DNA of 60,310 bases, counting the filler, from Sphacelaria rigidula (lineage: Eukaryota): the NCBI GenBank assembly GCA_964200075.2. It is 8 parts of 8 records of this genome, joined end to end, with 100 filler letters (N's around TTAATTAATTAA, not from the genome) between each part and the next. Parts side by side here need not be neighbours in the genome. Positions count along the whole stretch, not along the records: positions 7,553 to 15,004 come from CAXNAA020014856.1; positions 15,105 to 22,556 come from CAXNAA020014857.1; positions 22,657 to 30,108 come from CAXNAA020014858.1; 5 more parts are not named here. One strand, given 5' to 3'. The notes below the pieces were generated by a model. It searched no databases, was not told where the DNA came from, and worked only from the letters and a program-made list of their open reading frames with translations. Position numbers and translations under genes: made by a program. Positions 12,251 through 25,921 of the stretch are shown here, one piece after another; positions within the stretch are counted from its first letter, which is position 1; each line of letters opens with the position of its first letter.

Positions 12251-12775
12251 GCTGTCTCAAATCCATGTCATCGCGATCGACGCAGGTATTTTGACTTGCG
12301 GAAGAAATGGTTGATTAATCAATGGATTATATATATGATTTGATTAGCTGTCGCCCACCAACTGTTCCGATATAAATCCACTGGTGAGCACAATTTGGAT
12401 GTAGTACCCGAGGTGAACATGCGGGGAAACACCCGTTCAAGGAAACTCGAGAACGGCGAGTGAAGTTGCGACAGGGAGGAATAGACAAAGGAACATAAAC
12501 AAGTGGTATATACACCACACTATAGAGCCTAATCAAGTATCGGGGGAAAGACCCAGAGGCCAGGGCTCAAGATTGGAGGTCGCACCGTACAAGAACCAGG
12601 ATCGTGGGAGCAGGTGTCTATGGAGCTATCTGGTGGTGAAAGGATACGGTGCAACCACAAACGCAACAGATGTGCGAGAAATAGAGAAGAAAAAGTCTGC
12701 AATACTTTCACATGGATTGTACGGAGGAAAATCGATGATCTTTTTCTTGCGTTCATTCGTTTTGATTTGTGTCAG

Positions 12776-14863
12776 ATCCCATCGTTACTACGTACGTCCT
12801 GTTCTGGAGAGCAATCCGTGAACCGTTCTTCAAGAAGCTGATGTGCGACGAAGCGTATCTGCTCTCCTACACCAAGGGCTTCTCGTCTCTGCCTACACCT
12901 GCTCAGGTGCTGTGCCGTGTGGTGAAATACATCAGGGGAACCTGTTTATGTATATATATATGTGTGTGCGTATAGTATGCCTATCTGATTTTTGTTTGGC
13001 TTTTGTTTTTGCCTTTCCTGCGGACGTTCTCATTGCCGGAATCCATGTGGCAAAGGAATATCGTTTTTTTTTCGAAACGTTTACGTGTTTTTTTACTTCA
13101 TTATTTTCGGTTTGCCCTGTTGTGTCTGTTGTGTCGTTGTGTTCGTCCTCTGTGTGTGTTTTGTTCTTCCGCCCCCTTTATGGAGTCATTTTCAGTGATT
13201 CCGGTGCACTTGCCACGAGCACGATCGCCTTATTGGTTAATGGGCGACGATCAATCAATCAGCCAATCAATAGAGTATAAAACAAGTGTTATAAGACATG
13301 TTTTCTGCTAGTGCACAGACTGCGTTATTACGCTTGCAGTGTAAGGGCTAGAGCTCGGAAATGGTTTGTCTAACCATTAACCAGTTCAATGGTTACGCGT
13401 AGCGCACTCATCAACCAGTTAAATGATACTTAATGGTTTGGTTATCGAGCGGCGCAGTCGCGAGCCAAAAAGTCCCCCCTCCGGCAGAGGGAGCCACGCC
13501 GGAGGCGCCCCCGGAGGGCCCCGCTGGAGGCGCCGTGCCGGAGACACGTTTTTACGCGATTTGACTTCACTAGAGCTAACACATACGATACATTTGGGCC
13601 AATTTTCAAGGGCTGTATGTAGCACACGTAGCCGTTAACGGCTTATAAAGCCGGTAACGATAAATAATGGTTTCAAAACTTTATCCAAAAGTTTCATGTA
13701 ACCATTGCCATCATTACCATCATAATAATCATGGCCAGTTATAACTGGCACCATTTCCGAGCTCTACTAAAGGCAGTACAGCATCTGAATAGAGAATGGC
13801 CTATGTAAAAGTACACTTTCGAGACTAAAAAAAACACCATATACAAACTAATATCGCCCATCCTACGGGTTGAAAACATTGCACGTGCGTACGATGAAAA
13901 AAACCCAAGTGATAAATGGGTTGCGCTTTTCTTAGCCCTTTTTCGGTTCCACCCGATATACGTTTTACCCCTCCCCTTTCGCGGGACGAACGAATAATCT
14001 CTCTCACTGTGTCTTTGCCATATATTTCGCCCAGAGGATGGACACTCGCTCACCCCGTAGTGGCATGCAGTATTCGATCTGAAACAAACAAATGGAACAA
14101 TCCGCTGAGCGCACACCAGAATCATTATATCGTGATAGTGAAGAGGACCACGACACGACCTGTCGTAAGCATGCATTCATAAATTGGGTAGATAATACTT
14201 AGTAAAAATGCGGGAGGTGAGTTGGCAAATATATGTATATATAATCACTGGTGAAAATCGACCGGCTGCCTACGGGAATGCTGGTCCGATGCGCGAGAAC
14301 ATCTTGTCCGGAAGGTGGCGAGGGAGAGGCGGGTCGACGCCATTGAAAGTACGGACTCGTCTCGAGAGAGGAGAGGGGCTTGAACTACGACGGGAAGTAG
14401 ATCAAAGACATGATGGTCTATTTCAGGCGGGTGCAAAACATCTCGCAGATGAAAAGACAAGACGAAGAGAGTCAAAACCTTCGAAATCCGACAGGAAAAA
14501 TCATCATGGAGATTTATCACCGCCTTCTCGCCGTCCACTCCAGAGACAGGGGCTACGTCTGGCTTCCACCCTTTGTTCTCGGAGTCCGGTACAAAGATAA
14601 CCGGAGATATATATATATATATATACATACATATACATGTATTAGATCTGCTTGCTGTGTGTGTATGTGTGTGAACGTGTTTGTTCCCCCGCCCCGTGCG
14701 CACGTACGATCAGCTGAGGGCGAGTTTTGCAGAACAACTTTCCGTGGATCAACTGAGAGAGGAGTTTCGCAGGTACATAAAGGGCAAGGTGGCGCAGGAG
14801 CTGATCGATTTCTATCAAGAGTCTCTGGATCGGGAGGAAGTGACAGACTTTTTTGAGAGACAG
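12776..14863 (+). CDS. Partial multi-exon gene with RGS-like domains; candidate exons 12776-12906, 14401-~14590 and 14714-14863
   Basis: AG/GT boundaries with a phase-0 join give FKKLMCDEAYLLSYTKGF..Q|IKDMMVYFRRVQ..IIMEIYHRLLAVHSRDRGYVWLP and LSVDQLREEFRRYIKGKVAQELIDFY, resembling RGS helix patterns by eye. The donor of the middle exon is uncertain. Confidence 0.4.
13349..13766. mobile_element. hAT-type MITE (418 bp)
   Basis: Perfect 17-bp TIRs tagagctcggaaatggt / accatttccgagctcta. The 8-bp flanks gtaagggc / ctaaaggc match at 6 of 8 positions, consistent with a decayed TSD. Confidence 0.8.
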
Positions 14864-14915
14864 GTGACGTGAAGGCTCTGCTTAACCCTGAACCCTAGGC
14901 TACGATACTCCACAC

Positions 14916-14958
<43 letters not shown>

Positions 14959-14969
14959 ACCCCCCCCCC
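14916..14969. repeat. Poly-C tract near the contig end
   Basis: About 50 nearly uninterrupted C residues. Confidence 0.85.
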
Positions 14970-15877
14970 GCTTCACACCACCCAACAGACCCACCCACAC
15001 ACGCNNNNNNNNNNNNNNNNNNNNNNNNNNNNNNNNNNNNNNNNNNNNTTAATTAATTAANNNNNNNNNNNNNNNNNNNNNNNNNNNNNNNNNNNNNNNN
15101 NNNNAAGTGAAAAAAGTAAATAAAGAATAATAATTCGTGCTAATGATTCTTTAATTCTTCGCATACCTCCGGAGCTAAGGCCGAGTTATATTCATGAGTT
15201 TCGGCACTACATTGCACATCACACTTCCACGACAAGAACAAGACCAGACAAATACCACAATGATGTACAATGCTTGCTCAATGGAGCTTAACGCATCTAT
15301 CTGCACCGCCAATTTTCCTCCACTGTTGTGGTGGCAGATAGGGCGAACAGTCATGGGCGTTACCTCACCCAAGTCGCCCTTAAATGGCTATTTATTGAGT
15401 GTTTCTTACTGTGGGAAAAAAAAATCCTACGACCGCCGGAGGGGGGGGGGGTACATAGGGTCTCCGAGGGTTCTGGGGGGGCACTCTCGCTCTTCTTGAG
15501 GTTACTTGTTATTTCACTCCAGTGTCGAGCTGCAGGCGATACTTTCTCCAAGCAAAAAAATACACGGCCACCACAAAAAGTCGGATGGGAACATACCCGA
15601 ACTACGACACACCTGTAAGGCAGCCAGGAGTCATCACGGACAAATGATGGCATACCACATATAACAATTATACCTACTCGTGTTACACAAGTCAGTTACA
15701 GAGAGATGCAGAGGACAATCGAAAACGGAGAAGAAAATAACGTTGCTCGCTGGCAGTGCCAGTGCGTGGAGGATGCCCTTGTATGTATAGGTGAACGCCA
15801 GATAGGTTCGGTTACGCGAACTGGTCGATAAATTCCATGGTTGAACATGCCTTTCTTGTCAATTCATAACGGTTATC

Positions 15878-15980
15878 CCAACCCTAATCCCCAATCCCCG
15901 GCATTCCGAGAACCCTCGGGCGAAGGGGATACATAAAAGTGTCCTGAGCAAAGTCTGCATTGGCAGAGCACCGATTTGAG
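15878..15980 (+). repeat. Dispersed repeat beginning with telomere-like aaccct/aacccc units; copies at ~38283-38382 and ~40318-40370
   Basis: Shared ..ccaacccc...gagaaccctcgggc.agggg...gcaaag..tgc.ttggcagagc. Confidence 0.6.
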
Positions 15981-16074
15981 CTAAAACGCCTCCTGTGACA
16001 CTGGCAAGTAGGTGGCACCGTCAGTGCCCGTAAGATCCAAATGTGATCGTCTATACTATAACCAAGTATCTATT

Positions 16075-16181
16075 TCACACCCTTAACAACAGATTACGCT
16101 GTCAAAAAGTGTGCAAAAGACGCAATAGTCGATACTGCACCCAGTACTTTCTGACAGCGTAATCTGTTCTTGAGGGTGTGA
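16075..16181. repeat. Short inverted repeat or mini-MITE with ~36-bp arms
   Basis: tcacacccttaacaacagattacgctgtcaaaaagt pairs with actttctgacagcgtaatctgttcttgagggtgtga with 3 mismatches. Confidence 0.8.
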
Positions 16182-17570
16182 CTCATTCAACGATGCGATT
16201 TGTCAACCGGTACGCGTTAACTCAACGCGTACTGACACCAGGACATGAGCGCATGGCAGAAATGATGCATAAAAAACACGCTTTACGTTGTACGTGGCAA
16301 CCCGGCGTGAAGTAACATTTCGCCATGGTTGAGCAAGACGGGTGCACCTTTTCGCTCCTCGTGAAACATTCAGCTCTAAGTTCTGTCGGGCTGAGCGGTA
16401 GTAGTGTTGGGGCGATGAATACCGCCACCGCCGCACTTTTCCTACCCAAAAAGGGTTGGTGGGAGGCGACAATTTCACCACTGTCCACCAGTGTGTTTCA
16501 ACCTTGCTTGTGTGTGTTTGTTAACGTTGCTCGCGTTGTGGTCAGTTGTCTGTCTGAGATGAGGGGAGGGATTCCGCAAACCCCAGGCACAATGAAAACA
16601 CAACACAAGCTAACAACACCCGCACTAGCCCCTCCTACAGCGCGTAAATCCCCCAGCAACTAAATATGCAGCTGTCGAGCATCAACTGTCTTTTGACCAA
16701 TTTGACGACATACATGTTGTTTTATTGTCACGATGATTTTCCATGATAGTGTTCCGAGACGGGACAGCGGTGTCGGTCGCGGCTTGTCTATGAATTACTG
16801 CCGTAACCAGCCTTGCGCCAAAATAATAAACATAATAAAAATATTCCGGAATGCCCGCACTAAATTTGTGAATGCCCGCACTTGGCCCGCATACAAAAAT
16901 CATCGCACTTTTGAACACAAAATTTTCATGTTAATTTCGCCATCGGAGGTGAAGTCACCACCGTGAGACGTGGCGCACTACGATCGTAGTCGGACACAAT
17001 GCAGGCAGCATATTTCTGGAAAACAGCTCATTTTGGCCACCGAGCAAATTAAACGAAGCGAATACCGATATACCATCGATGCGCCCTCAAAGCGGCTACG
17101 TCGCAGCCCAGATTCTGTGCACCGTGACTGGATGCATATGCGGCCATGGTAGTGCACTCACTTCCACATCGTGAGCACCTTGCAGGGTGCCATACTGGCA
17201 AACAAACATCAATCAGCACTGGCATGCCCTCTGGATAATGACAATATGTAGAAAGTCATTCCGGTATCGCCTGTAGAAATGCTCAACGCGGGAGGCACAG
17301 TCGTACGCGCGCTGTCGTCGCTGCAAGGCGCTGAAACATCGGTCGCAAACCATGTAAACCACAACGGACATGCTCATGTGTCTGCATCGGAGGTTGAGCG
17401 TTGCAATAGTGCGCGAGGGGTGAAAAAAAACTCAGATTCTGTTCCGATTGAAAAAAAAAAAGTCTGGCGCGGGACTGTACCGTCGTTGTGTTCCGCCCTG
17501 TGCCCTTGATGTTACAATACTGTTCTCGTATTGCTTGTGCGACTTGTGTACACGCGTGGCTACCTCGCAG

Positions 17571-20500
17571 CGATGCTGGCTCCGAATTGGGGGTGTCGCT
17601 CGATTCCGACAGCTTGGTCATCACCTGCACCGCATGCATCGAGAACTATTTCAAGAGCGAGGAGGGCTCTGAGTAAGTGCCAGCAGTTGTACGTGCGCGA
17701 AGTCTGAATGGGAGCTTTCACTGTACTATCAACAAGTACAGCACAGTAGGCCGATTCACACATTATGCGCGAGGTCATCTTTCGGTTATGTCTTTGTCCA
17801 TGCTTGAAAAATGACAAGTCGCATTTGTCCTGTCACCGCGCTTGGTATTTCGGCGTTTTTTACGCTTTGATATCGATCGCTTTTATGCGTTGCCAAGAGT
17901 AGAATGCGGCCAAACCTCTTGCACTGGGTAGTTTCACGTGATTCCAAAGATCTCCATTCGATTTACAACACCAAGCTCGGGATACTTTGAGGATAGTTTG
18001 CGCTTCCTGCCTTTGCTGTGCTCGTTAATTCCATGGTAACGCTTTCTCGGGGATGGTCAAAATTGAAGCACATCAGTAGTCGCCGGTCGCAACAATGTTC
18101 CAATAAAAATATACAGTACAAATATGTGAAGAGTAAGTCACCTTCTCTGGACCATGACCAAACCTCTCGCCGGGGGTTCAGATCGGAGATTAAGCGGAAT
18201 CCCGTGCGTGTTCTCTTCAACACAGGGCATGTGAGGCATGCCCGGAGGGACTGGTGTCTGAAGTAGGAGCTACCTCGTGCGCACTGGAAGAGGGCTTCTG
18301 GCGGACAAGCAACGGTGAGTTGTATTTTTTGTCACGGCCATGAAAAAAACGTTGTCGGGAATGTCGTTCGATTGTTGTTGGGTGCTCCACACCTGCCCAC
18401 AGTATAACACAGGCACTCAGTATTTTTTCATGAAGCACTGTCAACATGTAGGAGATTGAACTCGTGGCTGTAGCTGCTTCGGACAACAGACACAGCGATT
18501 TTATTCCGCGCTGGTGGGTGTCGGAGATTGTGTCGGGGATTTTGAAATATGCTCTCGACCATTCACCCAGAGCTTGTTGGGAAACGCTGTGAACGATGAG
18601 TGATGACGTTGGACAACACCATGCAGCAGTAAACTGTGTATGTCGAATCGCAACAGGAAACGAATGGACCGGATTGGAGCGTAGTCTACAGCGTGTGTAT
18701 AATATATCGAGTGGTCACAGGACCCCAAGAAGACGATGCGGCTGCCTCTTCCGTGCCCTTCGTCGACGGAAATCATGCCTTGCATGTACAAATGATTTTG
18801 GGGGAGAAAAAGTCCAGAAGCATCACTTCGCGCAACGATCTGTTGCGTTGCTTATTGTCCTCTTCGTTTGTATGCAGTCACTTTATCGACTTATCGACGT
18901 CATGAATTATGATAGCAAGCTTTGTCGGACGGAGAAGAAATTCCATTCAATGCTTCAGCTCGATTTGAAGTCCCCATCCGCCTGCGCTCCACTCCCTTGC
19001 ACCCCCCTTGCACCCCAATCCGGCAGCTTCTCTCACTGCGTACGAATGCCCCAACACCGATGCCTGCGTTGGTGGATCTGATGAGGCGTCGTACTGTGAC
19101 GACGGATTCCAAGGCCCCTGTGAGTGCTTGCTGGGAACGTGCCAAACACACATGGTAGCGACGGAGGCTAAAACGTGCCTGGCGCGTAAACGAAGCTTGC
19201 CGCAGATCCCACGTCGACAATCTGCACTTGTTCTATTGCAACGATGTTGCAATAGTATAGCGTTTAATAGTACGTGTGCAAGTTGTCGACGTGGGACCTT
19301 TCTTGAGATGATCCGTATTCAGTAACCTTCGTTTACGCACCAATGACGTGCTTAAGACGCTCTACTCTGCAACGCTTTGCCGACTTGGGACCATCTATTG
19401 CCATGGCTTTTGGCAGGAAATCAGGGTCGAGTTGTACGTTGCTTCAAAACTCGGGGGGGAGGTGTACTCATGATCTTGCACGCTGTAGTCATCAGACCAT
19501 TAAGCTCGTATCCCTTCAAAGCCGGGACAGGGTATGCGGGGTTTTTTACGGACCAAACTCGCAGTCACCGAGCGCGAAGCGCCGTGATGTATTCGGCGAG
19601 TCCCATGGAAGGGACGGGGGGGTGGCTTGTCCTCCGTTTCGATCCAATTTTGTCACTCCATTGTACTGTTATTAGCTGCATACGCACCGTCCTTGCGAGA
19701 TCGGTGATACATATCCCTTCGATCGACGTCTCGCGTTCAGCTTCGGCTTAACTGACCTTCGGTTCTGCGTCTTTTTCGCGGCTTTTTCGTTGGCGAGAAG
19801 CAGCATCCTCGATGTTCTTGCCGTCTCTTTCTTGAAGCCTCTCACGTCCTTCGGTGTACCCAGCCATATTTATTCTTTATTTGACAATTTATTCGAAAAA
19901 ATGAAGAAGAAAAATAAGAAAAGTCATCTCAGTCTAGCCGTCTTGTGATGGAAACATGACGTTTCTTCAAGAGTGTTTTTACGGTTGGTGACTACGGACG
20001 GTAAGTTCGCTGTTGGTGGATACACGCGAGGTAGATGCGCAAATGCTTCAGTTTTTAATCTGTTGTCTCGTTGCCTTGCAAACCGTTGTCTGCTCCTCTC
20101 ATCCGCTGGACTCAAGTGTGCGCGGTGTGCTTGGACGACTACTACCCGAGCGGCAGCTACGACTGCGTAGCGTGTAGCACCGGCAATGCGGCTTCGACCA
20201 TCATCACCATAGTGTAAGTATTTGCAAGCATTCATGGGGGCTATGAGTTGTCAAAGAATATGCGTTATACGGTATCGCTGGTCAAGTGGCAGCGACACGA
20301 TCCTAGCAGAAAAGCACAGTGTGTGTAATTCTTGGAAGGATCAGTTGACGCTTGTGTGGATAGATCCAAGCTTTGCCCCTTCATGTACGTGGTGCCTGCC
20401 CGGCACAACGTAATGTTGTGATGTTTTTTTGGTGGATGTGCACATGGAGCATATTCGTCTTCATTGGGGACTCGAATTACGACAATTGCGTTTTTTTGTG

Positions 20501-21508
20501 AGAAGATTTTGATTTTCATCATTGAAAATGACAGGACCTAACCTGCGCATTGAAAAATAGTTTGTTAGGCGAGGGGCGATGCGGTACGGGAGGTTTGATC
20601 ATGATCTAACCCGCGATACCACGATACCAAGGTATAAGGAGGCGTGTGCTATACCGAAGGAGAGATGGGTTGATCCCTTGACACCGCAGACTCGTCCCTA
20701 GGAAAAGGAAGGATTTAGAGTATGACGAATGCATGTACATACGAGCCCACTGACCGCTTCTCGCCCCTCGTATCCTAGTGTTGTCCTTGCGCGTTGATTT
20801 GTTCGCCGTGGCGGGCGGATTAACATGTTGCATGTTCGCGTTTCCATGCTTTCATGCATGCCCCAACAGTATATTTGTCTCAGTGTTGGCGGTGTTCATC
20901 CTGCTGGTGAACAAAGCTGCCGAACAGCTGGAGGAGCGCACGAGGGATAACGGGGCGGAAGTGGATGAAAATGCCAACGAGGCGGCAATGATGGCCTTCA
21001 CCGGGGGGGGCGGCAACAAGAGCAAGTACGTATCATGCTTGTCTGCCTGCCCGCCTGCCTGCCTCGCTGTGCGTTTCGCCATATAAAATATATCCACTTT
21101 TCAAGGATCGCCAACTTGAGTAACAGGGTACGTCCATGCTCTGCGCACACCTCGACACATTTGATTGATTGATTCCTGCGTTGTGAGCCTGGGCCCGACG
21201 TTCCATGTGGCGAACGATCTGGAGAAATATCACCACTGCCTCGAGACTCAACACACAGCCCAGCGCACATATTTTGAAAGAGCCATCCCGAGTTTGTCCA
21301 CCTGGCAAGCGTTTTAATGTTTTTGTTGTTTATTGCCGTATCTGCGACCGCTGTCGACCAATTTGCCGTTCGCAGAATTTTCGACTTCATCAAGAAATGG
21401 AAAGATACCCTGGTGGTGCGTTTCAAGATCATCGTCGCTCATTTCCAGGTGGTCGGCACGTTTCCACAAGTGCTAGACGTGCAATGGCCGGATGCCTTCA
21501 ACCGGTGA

Positions 21509-21562
<54 letters not shown>

Positions 21563-22371
21563 CTGCTCACGACATGTATGTTTTTCGGCCCCTCTGCTCC
21601 ACATGTACGGAGTGGTCCGTGTCAAAAATTATCAAGTTTCTGCGTTTGATACTTCTTTCATTTGGTTGTTAGACTAGCAAAACTAGAGATATCGATTCAC
21701 GCAAAGAATGGACAAACCCGTCGAGCAGAAGAGCCATCGATCACCATGTCTCTGAAATGCGTCGCTTCGGCTCGAAAAAAAAAAAAGAATAATGAGGAAA
21801 ACAAGTGTGGTGCCGATTCGCAGATTACTCATCTTCGGCTGCCTTGTCGGAAGGGACGTTCAAAATAATAGGGCCCGAGGGAACTTCTTCCCTTTGGCTG
21901 CTAGGTAGTTTATTTTTGGCCAGTTACGTCTGTGCGTATTTCGGGTGTCGACTTGATTTTCGAGGGCAACTATTACTGCAGTAAAAATCAACCCAAAGCC
22001 TACGGTTCGCAGTGACGGAGTGAAGAAAAAAAAAAGACAAGTTAGTGTAGCATTTGAAACGATCTTTGGGTACACTTCAAGCGTCTACATTCTCCGGGCA
22101 TCATACGATAATTTATGCTAAAGATACCCCCCGGCGTTCCAGAAAATTTCACCTCAGGTTTTTCTTACTACGTGCAGCTGTTTTTTTTTGCTTGATGTTT
22201 TCCTCACGACAGGTATGCTGACAAGATCTCGATCTTCACGCTGGACATCTGGGGCATTTTGAGCCAGGGGTGCTACTTCCGATCCGACTTCTTGAACCAG
22301 CTCATTTTCACCACAATCCTCCCACTCGGGATCGTTGGTGTCCTCGTCGGCCTGTACTACAAGAGCGTCAG
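17571..22371 (+). CDS. Partial gene for a Cys-rich ectodomain (ephrin-receptor-like/GCC2-GCC3-type) multipass membrane protein; exons 17571-17672, 18226-18314, 19027-19119, 20117-20213, 20870-21025, 21376-21504 and 22213-22371
   Basis: All six GT-AG introns are phase-consistent. The spliced product reads CTACIENYFK..CEACPEG..EEGFWRTS..YECPNTDACVGG..YCDDGFQGPLCAVCLDDYY..CVAC, a TM helix, KIIVAHFQVVGTFPQVLDVQWP, and GCYFRSDFLNQLIFTTILPLGI. Confidence 0.88.
19454..19530 (-). mobile_element. C-tailed retroposon-like repeat, related subfamily B; copies at 45662-45733(+), 51478-51549(+) and 52708-52760(-)
   Basis: Shared ccggctttg..ggatgcgaggtcaatggtc..atg.ctacg.catgcaagatcatgagtacacc, alignable to family A. 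Confidence 0.65.
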
Positions 22372-23200
22372 GTGATGGTTTCTTATTCAGCTCGAATTGA
22401 GCTAGCCTGTTTCTGCAGTCTGCAGTCTGCAGTCCGTAGTCTGTAACTGGGAGATGGAAAAAAAAAAAGCGTCGTGTGGGAGAGGGGGGCAAATTTTGGT
22501 GGGCGGGGATAGTTTGACAGATAAAACACAAGACGGGAGAGAAGGAGTGGCTTGCGNNNNNNNNNNNNNNNNNNNNNNNNNNNNNNNNNNNNNNNNNNNN
22601 TTAATTAATTAANNNNNNNNNNNNNNNNNNNNNNNNNNNNNNNNNNNNNNNNNNNNGTTGAAAAAGTTCGAAGCTGTACCGAGGGGGGGGGGGGTATGGG
22701 TTGATGACTGCAGACTGGATTCGCCGCAAGGAAGTGGGGGGGGGGGTACTAGTACTACGGAAACGTATAACTAAAAAAGTGAACGCCTGGCTCATGCTGT
22801 CTGTGTTGCACGTCATCTTCCGGATATCGTCTTATCGACCCCGTGCTTAGGTCTTGGGTGTTCATTGGTGTCGTCCTTCCTGCAGGGAGCTTGTGGTGTA
22901 CAACGCAGTACGTATGCGCCGAGTTCATCGCCGACATTGACTGCGGGTTACACAAATTGGCCTAATATGACCATTATGTCTGCGGATTTCAGAACAGTTT
23001 TAGGCACGATCCACCGGTGCATACCTTCCTTGCATCGCTGTTGGGGGGATCCCTATCTCTTGCTGTGGTGAGGAGTGAACCTATCTATCTTCAAGACTAT
23101 TATATCGTCTTACCAGTCAGAACATTGTGAACATTGAACTGACTATCAGGCGCGTAGAACACAGAGGGCTTAGCAACTTGAGCGCGGACTGACACCAACC

Positions 23201-25876
23201 ATGCCGCCTGGCGTAGAAGCCGCTGCGGAACTGCCTGGTGTTGGGGATAGAGTTGTAGATCTCAACGACTTCCGTGCAACCGTGCGCTATGTGGGACCTG
23301 TCTCTACGGCGAAAGATCCGGAAGCAGTGTGGATCGGTGAGCGGCCGATGTTTTTTAGTGAGGTTTTTAATCCTTTTGTCCCGCGTACAATACCACCCTT
23401 ATGTAGGGTGTAAATGAAGTATCACCGTGTACTTGTAACACGCTATAGTAATCGGCGTGTACATCTGTATGGTACTTGTACTTGTGCTACGCGGTGTTGT
23501 CTCTTGCGTGGTTCGCCTGGGCTGACACAACAATGCGCCGAGCAATGAGACGGGCAGTAGATTTCCGTTTATATTGGTCATGCTCGTTGTCATTGCTGAG
23601 AAATCACGGGTCGAACTCGTCGCGTTGTGTGGGGTGATTCGAATCTTCGGTATGGATCGTTGTTTCGGCGGAACATCAATCCTAGACTTGCCCCGAACCT
23701 CGTACCCGCCGATCTTCTCTGGTGTTTTGCACGCAATGTCGTGTCCATCTCGCACAAAGCAATGCCGTGTTGTCTCAAACCCTCTCTTGTTTGCACATTT
23801 CACTACACTTCTCTATAGCACAATCTCAATCGCAGAGGCTGGGCTGGTCTGTGTCGACATTACAACACGAATACGGTCAGGGTGTGATCCGTGTCCAAAA
23901 ACGCCGTCTGATGACATACATAAGGGGATTTCATTAAGTTGTTCAGGTGGAAACCCCGAAGATTCAAGAATTGGACTGATGATCGGATTCGCTGTTTTAG
24001 ATATATCGGAATTTCGTTTCGGGGAATATCTGGATTTGAGCCGAATTGACATGTTTTGGGACAAATACATGAATACATGAATACAGTACGGTAGCGTTGT
24101 ATTAATGAACACAGTACAGTACCGGTCATTGTCCGGTGCGATTTTTTGTAGAAAGCATACATATCCTGGGGCATGCGGCGCGTTGAGTCGAGCATGAGCA
24201 TCACGGGAGGACTTCTCGATAAACTAAATCAGTAGAGAGAAAATGTCAAAAGATACACCTTATGACGAGCCGGTCGCCCCGGTGGCTCAGTTGGTAACTT
24301 CAAAACCTTCTAACGAGCCGGTCGTGGATCCGAATCTCGGCGCGATCTGGGATTTTTTCTCACACAATGCCCAACAGTGGAGAACGACTATGTCGTGGGT
24401 ACACAAAATTCGACGTCATTGTCGACGAGGGAAAGGGACTGCTGGAGCCTTCTCGCGATAAAAACTTAAAAGACAAGCACCGCAGAAGGACGGCGAAGTA
24501 TTAAAAACAAACAAAAAAGAAAAACCTCCTGTGATGGCCTTCCTCCTTTGTGACTCCGGCTGGTGCGCCCACATATACCGAAAAGAGTAGACTGACGTCC
24601 AGAATAGAGGGGATGACAACACAACACACATCACGCGCATAATGCCATTGGGTTATCGCGGGAGTCTACATAGTCGGAAAGGCCACGTTGCTGCAAGTGT
24701 TGTCTTTCCTCCTGTTACATAAAAGGTCTGCTCACTTACTAATAGCTCGATTTGATGGTGATGCTCACCTGTATCCGTTTTGTCCAAGTCGCCCTCTGTA
24801 TATGACCATTAGTAGGTGCATTGTAGTATGCTGCAATGTGCTGTCTTGTATTCTACAGGATAAACAGTCGTCGATTCGGTCTGCTCAACACTGTGCACTT
24901 GACTGTTCTGTACTGTACTGTGTTTTCGATCCCCCGTGATTGCTTCAATCTGCTGAATGAGTGCTACTGTGTACGAGTATAAATTTGTTATGACATATGG
25001 GCAACACATCGACAATATTGCCGTAATTTATCACGACAACCGCACACCAGCTAACGATACAGTACGCTCTTGCGTCAAGCGATCCCCCAAGTCGAGAATT
25101 TTACCAATGCACAGTCTGACTACCTCGAACCGTTCATGCATGCTTGATTACAGCTGCCCTTCGAAATATTGACATACGATCCTGTTAGTATGTCCGGAGC
25201 AAGCCAAAACACCCAACGCCGAAACGCCAAATAAGCAATGATGCTGACCAACGCCTCGTAACAATCCGCGCCTATTGCGTGGAGTGTCGGCATAGTGCAC
25301 GTTTTGGACGCACACACCGCCGAGATATGTCCGCCATAAGATATGTGCGTGGCGATCCGATGTATGGCATGGTAGCAAGGAAGCTGTTGTCGCACCCTAC
25401 TTCTCAACTGTATTGGGTAAAACTGCGAGGCTGTGTGCCGTAGGGTATACTGGCTGAAATTCGGGTAATTACACAGATATACAACAGGTCTTTTACCGGC
25501 TCATACCCTCGATAGTTGAAGCCGGTCGCCCCGGTGGCTCAGTTGGTAACCTCGAAACCTTCTGACGGTTGGGTTGTGGATTCAATTCTCGGAGCGATCT
25601 GGGATTTTTTTTCACACAGTGCCCAACAGTGGAGAGCGACTCGTATGTCGTGGGTACACAACATTCGACATAATGGTCGACGAGGGAAAGGGACTGCTGA
25701 ACCCCTCTCGCGATAAAAAAAAAACACAAAGACAAGCACCGCAGAAGAAAGTTTGAGAACCAAAAACGAACAAAAAGAGAAAGAATCACGTGTTGGCCTT
25801 CCTTCTGTGTGACGGCGGCTGCTGCGCCCACATATACCGAAAGGTGTAGACCGGCGTCCAGAATAGATGGGGTGAC

Positions 25877-25921
<45 letters not shown>

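Noticed and set aside
11873-12343. ORFs with poly-CV or poly-HT (also 21205-21677, 25493-26055 and 29401-29844)
   Set aside because: These are translations of (CA)n/(GT)n microsatellites.
22888-22940. Possible terminal exon ELVVYNAVRMRRVHRRH*
   Set aside because: Too short to assign, and no upstream exons are present in the contig.
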